Shown: one piece after another, positions 25,363 to 32,000 of the stretch
How the letters are laid out: every line of letters starts with the position of its first letter
How positions within the stretch are numbered: position 1 is the first letter of the stretch
Source: Sedimentisphaera cyanobacteriorum
GTDB taxonomy: Bacteria > Planctomycetota > Phycisphaerae > Sedimentisphaerales > Sedimentisphaeraceae
NCBI RefSeq assembly: GCF_001997385.1
Contig: NZ_CP019633.1
Span: 2,490,001-2,522,000, forward strand
Direction of reading: 5' to 3'
DNA: 32,000 nucleotides
The notes under the pieces: generated by a model
The model's input: the letters and a program-made list of their open reading frames with translations, nothing else
Told to the model about the DNA's origin: nothing
The model's database searches: none
Program-made: the position numbers and the translations under genes

Positions 25363-25848
25363 ATGAGCAAAACAGGAAAAATAATTATTGTCGCGGTGCT
25401 CATTGCTTTGGTTTCGATTGTGATAGCAATGAAGCAGAGAAATGGTACAGAAGCTGAGCCTTCTTCTGAGAAAACGGCGGCCGCAAAGACAAATCAAAAT
25501 TCCGAACAAACTCATTCCGAACAAACTCAAACCACCCAAAAAAATCAGGATGCTGAAAAGCTGCCTCATCTAGTTGATTTGGGGGCGGGCAAATGTATTC
25601 CCTGCAAAATGATGAAACCAATTCTCGATGACTTGAAGAAAAACTACAACGACCAATTCAAGCTGACATTCATCGATGTATGGGACAATCCGGAAAAGAA
25701 GAAAAAGTACGAGATAAAAGTTATTCCCACTCAGATCTTTTATGATTCAGACGGCGAGGAGCTGTTCCGCCACGAAGGATTCTATTCAAAGGAAGATATT
25801 TTAAGCAAATGGGAAGAGCTTGGTATAGAGATTCAAAAAGAAAGATAG
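25363..25848 (+). CDS. Membrane-anchored thioredoxin family protein (CxxC = CIPC)
   Basis: N-terminal TM anchor (IIIVAVLIALVSIVIAM). A ~40-aa polar low-complexity linker, then a thioredoxin fold (DLGAGKCIPCKMMKPILDDL...VIPTQIFYDSDGEELFRHEGF). Confidence 0.85.
   Translation: MSKTGKIIIVAVLIALVSIVIAMKQRNGTEAEPSSEKTAAAKTNQNSEQTHSEQTQTTQKNQDAEKLPHLVDLGAGKCIPCKMMKPILDDLKKNYNDQFKLTFIDVWDNPEKKKKYEIKVIPTQIFYDSDGEELFRHEGFYSKEDILSKWEELGIEIQKER
25500..25529 (+). repeat. Perfect 15-bp tandem duplication (ttccgaacaaactca x2) inside the thioredoxin linker
   Basis: 25500-25514 equals 25515-25529. The duplication is in frame and gives the peptide NSEQTHSEQTQ. Confidence 0.9.
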
Positions 25849-25851
25849 CTT

Positions 25852-26547
25852 ATGCAGGAGCTTTTCATCCAACTAACCAATGCGGTAGAAGGGACGTGGT
25901 ATATTGCAGTTGCTGCCTCGTTTATGTGGGGGATATTGAGCATAATCCTTAGCCCGTGCCATCTTGCCAGCATACCTTTGATCATCGGTTTTATTGATGA
26001 GCAGGGGCGGATGTCTGCGAAGCGGGCGTTCTGGATCTCAGCCTTGTTTTCCCTCGGTATTCTCATTACCATCGGGGCAATCGGGGCTATTACCGCGGCA
26101 GCCGGCCGGATGATGGGAGACGTTGGCCAATACGGAAACTATTTTGTAGCATTGATCTTTTTTGCGGTAGGGCTGTATTTGCTTGAGGTTTTGCCGAATC
26201 CGTTTTCTGCTCCCGGCCAGGTTGGTATGAAACGCAAAGGGATGCTGGCTGCTTTTATATTAGGCCTTGTATTTGGAATCGCTTTAGGTCCGTGTACATT
26301 TGCGTATATGGCTCCTATGCTGGGCATAACTTTCAAACTTGCCTCCACGAATCTCACCTACGGAATCATTCTTCTTCTCGCTTACGGGATAGGCCATTGC
26401 TCGGTGATCGTATTTGCAGGGACATTCACAGAGGTTGTCCAGCGATATATGAATTGGAATGAAAAATCCAAAGGAGCGTTAATTCTTAAGAAAGTATGCG
26501 GAGCCCTTGTAATTGCAGGCGGGCTCTGGCTGATTTATACCGCTTGA
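25852..26547 (+). CDS. ccdA: Cytochrome c biogenesis protein CcdA / DsbD-family thiol:disulfide electron transporter
   Basis: 231 aa, about 6 TM. The two conserved Cys-containing helices are SPCHLASIPLIIGF and LGPCTFAYMAP. The start lies 3 nt after the thioredoxin stop. Confidence 0.85.
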   Translation: MQELFIQLTNAVEGTWYIAVAASFMWGILSIILSPCHLASIPLIIGFIDEQGRMSAKRAFWISALFSLGILITIGAIGAITAAAGRMMGDVGQYGNYFVALIFFAVGLYLLEVLPNPFSAPGQVGMKRKGMLAAFILGLVFGIALGPCTFAYMAPMLGITFKLASTNLTYGIILLLAYGIGHCSVIVFAGTFTEVVQRYMNWNEKSKGALILKKVCGALVIAGGLWLIYTA

Positions 26548-26572
26548 AAAATAAAACACAAAAAAGGGATCA

Positions 26573-27010
26573 ATGGAAGACAAAGAAAATCTTAAAGTGC
26601 TGTTCCTGTGTACAGGCAATTCCTGCCGCAGCCAGATGGCTGAAGGCTGGGCAAGAAATCTAAAAAGCGATTGCATCGAACCGTATTCTGCCGGTATCGA
26701 AACGCACGGGCTTAACCCAAATGCCGTGAAGGTGATGGCCGAGGCGGGCGTGGATATTTCCGGCCATCGCTCAAAACATCTTAACGAATTGAGAAATATT
26801 GAATTTGATTATGTGGTAACAGTCTGCGGGCATGCCAATGAAAACTGCCCGATGTTCCCCGGGAAGACAAAAGTTGTTCATGCCGGCTTTGAAGACCCGC
26901 CTAAGCTCGCTGAAGATGCCGCCACAGTTGAAGAGGCTCTAAACTGCTATCGAAAAGTTAGAGATGAAATTAAAGAGTTCGTTTTAAGGCTGCCGCAGTA
27001 TCTCACTTAA
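26573..27010 (+). CDS. arsC: Arsenate reductase, thioredoxin-coupled LMW-PTPase type
   Basis: [18 protein letters not shown] is the CX5R P-loop. [12 protein letters not shown] supplies the Cys82/Cys89-equivalent pair of Bacillus/Staphylococcus-type ArsC. SD AAGGGA precedes the start. Confidence 0.9.
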   Translation: MEDKENLKVLFLCTGNSCRSQMAEGWARNLKSDCIEPYSAGIETHGLNPNAVKVMAEAGVDISGHRSKHLNELRNIEFDYVVTVCGHANENCPMFPGKTKVVHAGFEDPPKLAEDAATVEEALNCYRKVRDEIKEFVLRLPQYLT

Positions 27011-27354
27011 CAGAATAATTATGATAAAACCAGCCTAAACTGCTTACCGAAAATCAGAATAGGAAAACATTAATGCCTAAACTACTTTTCATTTTATCTC
27101 CATCAGCTTCAAAACAGTTATAATGTTTTCAACTTATGGCCGGAATAGATTATCACTTAGGGGAAAGTACTTCCATAAATTCCTGCAGATTTCGGTTCTG
27201 CAAGCTGCGAGGAAGCTTTGAAACGGAGATTCAGTTAACCTGATTACAGGCCGCTCTTTGGTTCATATTTCTTGACTTAGCCCCGGGAAAGCTTAGTCTA
27301 AAAGATTAATGCAATCTCAGTTTAAGGAGAGCTCGGTTAGAACCGGCAAAAATT

Positions 27355-28872
27355 ATGAAACGAAGAAATTTTATCAAGCAGGCTGCATTAGCTGCAGGTT
27401 CGGCGCTGGCAGCCCCCTGTCTCTACGGCATGTCAGATAATCTCCCCGAAAGCAAAGCAGCAGGAGCAATGCAAAGCGGCGGAAAGCCGAATATTGTGTT
27501 CATTATGGCAGACGATATGGGGTACGGCGATCTTGGCTGCCTGAATCGGGATTCGAAGATCCCAACGCCTAATATGGACATGCTCGCGGAAGAAGGAATG
27601 CGTTTTACCGATGCCCACACCCCATCCGCTGTATGCACACCCACCAGATACGGCGTTCTAACAGGACGCTACTGCTGGAGAACGAGGCTTAAAAAAGGCG
27701 TTCTCTGGGGCTACAGCCGCCGTCTTATAAAGCCGGGCAGGACAACCGTTGCCTCTATGCTCAAAGACAGCGGCTATCATACCGCCTGCGTGGGCAAATG
27801 GCACCTCGGGCTTACCGACAGCGAGCCGGCAGATTATTCAAAGCCGCTTCGCCCTGGGCCGAACGAGGCCGGCTTCGACTACTGGTTCGGAATTCCCGCA
27901 TCGCTTGATATGAAGCCGTACTGCTTCATCGAAAACGGCCTTCCAACTAAACCTCTAACGGACAAAATTAAAGGCGAATCCCTGCCTCGTTTTTACCGCA
28001 CGGGAAAGGCTTCTCCGGGGTTTGATGTGGATGATGTTATGCCTAAAATCACCGAGAAAGCCTGCTCTTTTATAGATAATCACAAAGTCGAGCAGGGAGA
28101 AAAGCCTTTCTTCCTTTATTTTCCCCTATCAGCGCCGCACCAACCGTGGGTTCCGCTTGAAAAAAACGAACAGAGAAGCAAGGCCGGCGTTTACGGCGAT
28201 TTCGTTACGCTTGTGGATGATGCTGTGGGCAAGGTTGTTGGAAAGCTCGAGGAAAACGGATACAGGCAAAACACCCTCATTATAGTTACCAGCGACAACG
28301 GCTCTCGAATACAACGTATTGGAAAGTTCAACAACGGCGTATCCGATGAATCCAAGCACAATTTCGGGCATGATGCTAATTATATCTACAGAGGCCAAAA
28401 GGCAGACGTTTGGGACGGGGGACACAGAGTACCGTTTATCGCCCGCTGGTTGAGGGTTGTAAAGCAGGGCTCCAAATGCGAGAAGCCAATATGCCTTGTG
28501 GATCTTTTCGCCTCCTGTGCAGAGATTACCGGGCATAGAATGAAAGACAATGAGGGCGAAGACAGCTTCAGTTTCCTCCCGTTTTTAAGAGGGGAAAAAC
28601 CGTCCGGAGAGCTCCGCAAGGCAATAGTTCACCATTCTGTCAGCGGCAAATTTGCGATCAGAAGAGGGCGATGGAAATACATAGACTGCAAAGGCTCAGG
28701 CGGCTGGACAAAAGGCGGCGACGACAAGCCTGCCCAGCTATACGATATGCAGAAAGACCCCGACGAAACAGACAACCTCTACGGCAAGCCGGAGTATGAA
28801 AAGACTGTTAAAGAAATGAAAAGTCTGCTCGAAAAATATAAATCTCAGGGCTTCAGCAGACCGATGCAATAA
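27355..28872 (+). CDS. Arylsulfatase (S1 formylglycine-dependent sulfatase), Tat-exported
   Basis: Twin-arginine signal MKRRNFIKQAALAAGSALA. Sulfatase signature IMADDMGYGDLGC...SAVCTPTRYGVLTGRY (CxPxR). Downstream motif GKWHLG. No maturase gene is present in the window. Confidence 0.9.
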   Translation: MKRRNFIKQAALAAGSALAAPCLYGMSDNLPESKAAGAMQSGGKPNIVFIMADDMGYGDLGCLNRDSKIPTPNMDMLAEEGMRFTDAHTPSAVCTPTRYGVLTGRYCWRTRLKKGVLWGYSRRLIKPGRTTVASMLKDSGYHTACVGKWHLGLTDSEPADYSKPLRPGPNEAGFDYWFGIPASLDMKPYCFIENGLPTKPLTDKIKGESLPRFYRTGKASPGFDVDDVMPKITEKACSFIDNHKVEQGEKPFFLYFPLSAPHQPWVPLEKNEQRSKAGVYGDFVTLVDDAVGKVVGKLEENGYRQNTLIIVTSDNGSRIQRIGKFNNGVSDESKHNFGHDANYIYRGQKADVWDGGHRVPFIARWLRVVKQGSKCEKPICLVDLFASCAEITGHRMKDNEGEDSFSFLPFLRGEKPSGELRKAIVHHSVSGKFAIRRGRWKYIDCKGSGGWTKGGDDKPAQLYDMQKDPDETDNLYGKPEYEKTVKEMKSLLEKYKSQGFSRPMQ

Positions 28873-28944
28873 TATTGCAGCCGCTTTGCGCACTGTTTAA
28901 CTTTGTGAAAGCGGGGGGATGCTGGCCGAAAAATGCATTGAATA

Positions 28945-29658
28945 TTGAAAAGAAAAATCGGCAACAGAAAAATTCTTTCCATTTTGCTCTTGGAGCTGGT
29001 TCTCATTGGCCTTCTGTTTTGGATGAGCCCTTCAATGAAGGAAAATAAAAGCTCAATCCAAGAACCAGAGCTGAAAGAAAGGCCTGTATTTATCAAACGG
29101 GATGCAGTGATTAACGGAGTACCCTGCAAAATCTTCATAGACATCCAAGACGGCAAAACTGTTAATAAGCGGATGGGATTTCTACGCAGCTCTTTGAATA
29201 GAGAGCTTGTATTGAAAGAGCTCAAAATTTTAATCAACTCTGAAAACCAAAAGCGAATTAAGAATACTCAGGGCTCCCAAGATGATAACAGAGGCATTCA
29301 GGAAAGTCTTTTCAGCAGTGAAATGTTTAATCAGAAGCTTTTTGGAGATATGTCTAATATAACATCCGTTAGGGTGAGGAAATTTACCTGCGTGCTGGAG
29401 GACGCTAAAAATCCTGTGGTTGAAATACGGGCGAACCAAGCTGAGATTGGCCAAAAGGGCAGCATAAGATTAACCGCCGGAGTTAGAATAAAAACTGATT
29501 CAGGTGTTCTTTATCAATGCAGGCAGGCCTTGTGGGACATTGAAAATTCTGAGATAAAACTTCAGGGCAAATATGCCAGAAATTTTGGCGGGGAAAAAAG
29601 CCTTGGGAAAAACTTTACTTTATGTTATAATTTCCCTGTTTTTAAGGATAATTTTTAA
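28945..29658 (+). CDS. Hypothetical membrane-anchored protein (C-terminal half faintly LptC/OstA-like)
   Basis: 237-aa ORF with a TTG start and N-terminal TM anchor ILSILLLELVLIGLLFW. The C-terminal beta-rich segment (VVEIRANQAEIGQKGSIRLTAGVRIKTDSGVLYQCRQALWDIENSEIKLQG) resembles LptC-type periplasmic domains by eye only. An 18-nt gap containing SD GGAGAG separates it from the next gene. Confidence 0.5.
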   Translation: MKRKIGNRKILSILLLELVLIGLLFWMSPSMKENKSSIQEPELKERPVFIKRDAVINGVPCKIFIDIQDGKTVNKRMGFLRSSLNRELVLKELKILINSENQKRIKNTQGSQDDNRGIQESLFSSEMFNQKLFGDMSNITSVRVRKFTCVLEDAKNPVVEIRANQAEIGQKGSIRLTAGVRIKTDSGVLYQCRQALWDIENSEIKLQGKYARNFGGEKSLGKNFTLCYNFPVFKDNF

Positions 29659-29676
29659 CAGATTGGAGAGTTAATT

Positions 29677-32000
29677 ATGAGTTTGGTTAGGAGCATTCTT
29701 TTGATTTCGTCTTTGCTGTGCGTATCTGCACGGGCAGATTATCTCACAGTTGCAAAGTCTGAGTTAAGCGAAGGAACCCTTTCAGGAATCCGAATGGCTC
29801 ATCAGGTTTGTAAGGTGGCTAAAAACGACCCTGATTACAACAGCGATACGCGGGAATTTCGATTTGTAGATGCATTGAGCAGGCTCGGTGTGTTTTTCGT
29901 TGAGGATGACGGAGAGGATGTAAACAGCATTCTGGAGCTGGCCGGACTTTACGGGCTGGAAGTGAGCGGGAATGATTTTGATTATCTGAGCTTCAGCTGC
30001 CCCGCGAACAATCGTCAATCCTACCAAATCCCTGACACCGCTCCAGATGCCGAAGAATTGGAGCAGCTCTGCAATTCTTGGATTAAGCCGGAATTGGATG
30101 CCGTCATAGATATGCTGGATTCTATTGAAAGCCCGGAGGGTGATAAGTTTTCTATAATATTCACCACGGGCGAGACCGGCCTTGAAAACGATCTTAGAGC
30201 CGGCTACGGAGAGGTGCTTATTGTTAAGGGTTTAGCAAAAATTCTGCGCGGTTTTTTCGAGGAACCCGCATACAGCTTGGATATTCAAAATCTTGACGCG
30301 CTGATTCAGAACATTGCCAACGAAAGCTTCAGCGCAGCCCAGCTTTTAGAGCCAAACCTTGAATTTCTCACCCTTCTCTCAACAATTGAAGACCCGGATA
30401 AGGGCAAAAGTGTTCAGCTTCAGAACAAAACCTATCTAATCGAAGGAATGGATTATCTATTGGAAGCAATAGATTACATAAAAAATGACAATTACAGCCA
30501 GCCGGGAGTGGACAGGTTCGTGTTTATTGCAGAGGAAGACGTCGATATTGTTGAGTTTTATGAGGATAAGATTTCAGAGGTGAGAGATTCTCTGGCTAAC
30601 GATAATATCGCAGAGCTCCAGATATCGGAGGGGAAAGAGTACGCCTTGCAGAATTCGCCGGACGACGGAATTTCCCTGCTGCCGGGCAGCTCTCTAAAGG
30701 CGGAACTGATGCAAATAGACGTTTTATACCAAGGAGAGCTTGAGCTGGTGTATGAGGGGGATACAGGGCAGCAGCAAAAGACATATCAGTTAGAAAGCGG
30801 TACAGTATTTTCCGACTATGTAGATCTCTCTTTCGAGTCTGGCTTCTTTACATTCTTCATAGACCAGAGCAAAGAAAATATCACCGAAGGATATCTCAGC
30901 GACTGGGAGGAAGCGATAGAAATCACTGGAATAACCGGCAGCCTTGCCGGGAGCTTCGCAGGAGAACAGATCACATTTGACCTGAACCCTGCTTACGGGT
31001 CTGAGAGATTCCCCGAGCCGATTAGTCCGAGAGACTGCCTCCCTGAATTCAACAAATGGAACATGCCCGCTGCATACACTGTAGGAAGCGGTATGGATAA
31101 CGACCCAACACTTGGCGGGATCCTCCCCAACGTTACCCACAACGACTGGCTTTCAGCTTTCGACAATCTCCAGCCCAGCGGGAGGGTTAATATATATCCT
31201 GCTGACCCATGGCAGATTTACAAAAGCTGGGACGGCTCAGCTGAAATCTCATACTGGCTGGATGAACAGCTCGTATTCAAAGACGCAGCAGGGGAAGTGC
31301 CGCAAGAGGAAATCAATCCAGATATAAGCGAATTGTATCTGGCTTATGAGGGCAGCACGCTTTATGGATGCATAGCAATTGAAGATATGCAGGAAATTGA
31401 GGGTATCTACTTCGATGAGAAATGCAGCTATGAGATAATATTCAGTCCGTCTGCTTACTATCCGGAAACGAAAGGGGCAGTAAAAATTAATCTGGATGGA
31501 ACACAATACTCCTATCAGGAATGGAAATACGACTGGTATGAATACTGGGAATCCGATTTGAATAGAGAAGTATATATCTACAGCAGTGATAAAGGAATAT
31601 ACTTCACGCTTACGGATTCCTCAGATTCTCCAACGCTTCCGCCGATAACGGGCAAGTATATTACTGTAAATTCCCTTTGCGGGGATGAATGGAACTACGA
31701 GTATATCGACTATAATCCAACTCAGCTAATCACCGGGAAAATGGGAACAGTACAGGGAACTGTAAACAGCAGCACAATCCCTGATAGCAGATTCTTCGTT
31801 CAGGCCTACACCAATAAGGCTGAACCTGAAGATAGTATGGCTGATTTTGCAGTAATACAAGGTGCGGGAGATTTTGAACTTGAACTGCCGATGGGATTTG
31901 AAGGTTATATCAGGGCATACTGCTCAATTTTCGCATTTGAGAACCCCTTCGAGGTTGGCTCAGAGCTGATATGCGAAAACGTAATAGAATTCAGGCAGTG
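29677..32000 (+). CDS. Large acidic secreted protein of unknown function (>774 aa, 3' end beyond the window)
   Basis: Absent from the ORF track because the window edge truncates it. My translation from ATG 29677 (SD GGAGAG) is open to position 32000. Signal peptide MSLVRSILLISSLLCVSARA. Rich in D/E/Y/W. The region ...DISELYLAYEGSTLYGCIAIEDM... may be CBM9/DOMON-like, and ...GKMGTVQGTVNSS...RFFVQAY... may be a CarboxypepD_reg-like beta-sandwich; both are weak impressions. All minus-strand ORFs here are shadows of this frame. Confidence 0.75.
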   Translation, partial: MSLVRSILLISSLLCVSARADYLTVAKSELSEGTLSGIRMAHQVCKVAKNDPDYNSDTREFRFVDALSRLGVFFVEDDGEDVNSILELAGLYGLEVSGNDFDYLSFSCPANNRQSYQIPDTAPDAEELEQLCNSWIKPELDAVIDMLDSIESPEGDKFSIIFTTGETGLENDLRAGYGEVLIVKGLAKILRGFFEEPAYSLDIQNLDALIQNIANESFSAAQLLEPNLEFLTLLSTIEDPDKGKSVQLQNKTYLIEGMDYLLEAIDYIKNDNYSQPGVDRFVFIAEEDVDIVEFYEDKISEVRDSLANDNIAELQISEGKEYALQNSPDDGISLLPGSSLKAELMQIDVLYQGELELVYEGDTGQQQKTYQLESGTVFSDYVDLSFESGFFTFFIDQSKENITEGYLSDWEEAIEITGITGSLAGSFAGEQITFDLNPAYGSERFPEPISPRDCLPEFNKWNMPAAYTVGSGMDNDPTLGGILPNVTHNDWLSAFDNLQPSGRVNIYPADPWQIYKSWDGSAEISYWLDEQLVFKDAAGEVPQEEINPDISELYLAYEGSTLYGCIAIEDMQEIEGIYFDEKCSYEIIFSPSAYYPETKGAVKINLDGTQYSYQEWKYDWYEYWESDLNREVYIYSSDKGIYFTLTDSSDSPTLPPITGKYITVNSLCGDEWNYEYIDYNPTQLITGKMGTVQGTVNSSTIPDSRFFVQAYTNKAEPEDSMADFAVIQGAGDFELELPMGFEGYIRAYCSIFAFENPFEVGSELICENVIEFRQ

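Noticed and set aside
28129-29454. Minus-strand ORFs 28129..28536, 28386..28619, 28845..29237 (130 aa) and 29230..29454
   Set aside because: They are antisense to the sulfatase gene and the membrane-anchored protein gene, with no signals or family features.
29782-31506. Minus-strand ORFs (62-116 aa) and plus-strand ORF 31112..31327 in the last 2.3 kb
   Set aside because: All overlap the uninterrupted >774-codon plus-strand frame starting at 29677, which has a signal peptide and an SD. The track omits that frame only because it lacks a stop inside the window.
1-32000. CRISPR arrays, tRNA/rRNA genes, and canonical defence or toxin-antitoxin modules
   Set aside because: Reading both strands by eye, I saw no regularly spaced repeats, no cloverleaf-like or rRNA-like segments, and no recognisable defence-gene families. 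This is a visual inspection only; tRNAscan-SE, cmscan and DefenseFinder would be decisive.

Overview
32-kb bacterial chromosomal window with a mosaic structure. The gene content (PEP-CTERM protein, Tat-exported S1 sulfatase, GH10/GH127/GH2 glycosidases, hybrid-cluster protein, sigma-54) suggests an anaerobic polysaccharide-degrading PVC-type bacterium; this is inference only and cannot be verified here. Left to right: (1) a partial GH10 xylanase and a GH127 arabinofuranosidase-like gene on the minus strand. (2) An IS30-family element abutting the GH127 start. (3) A PEP-CTERM gene broken by one in-frame TAG. (4) An Rrf2-cupin-hcp operon in which hcp carries a 1-nt frameshift that removes the first two Cys of its N-terminal cluster motif. 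(5) An AT-richer ~6.9-kb heavy-metal RND efflux cassette (small secreted Cys/His protein, TolC-like OMF, His-rich adaptor, CusA/CzcA pump, P-II-like protein), bounded by perfect 23-bp direct repeats, one of which contains the rpoN stop codon. (6) rpoN and a GH2 glycosidase. (7) An atypical arsenic/thiol-redox cluster: arsR, an enlarged ArsP-type permease, a tandem USP, a BCCT transporter, a Thioredoxin_3 protein, an IS4-family insertion with 15-bp IRs and a 9-bp TSD, a membrane-anchored thioredoxin, CcdA, and a Trx-type ArsC. (8) A Tat sulfatase. (9) An AT-richer two-gene module: a membrane-anchored, possibly LptC-like protein plus a >774-aa acidic secreted protein of unknown function that runs off the window. 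I saw no rRNA, tRNA or CRISPR array and recognised no canonical defence system. The items most worth follow-up are the repeat-bounded czc cassette at the rpoN 3' end, the atypical ars/redox/BCCT cluster, the two single-site gene lesions (hcp, PEP-CTERM), the structured non-coding segment inside the IS30 element, and the unknown secreted-protein module.
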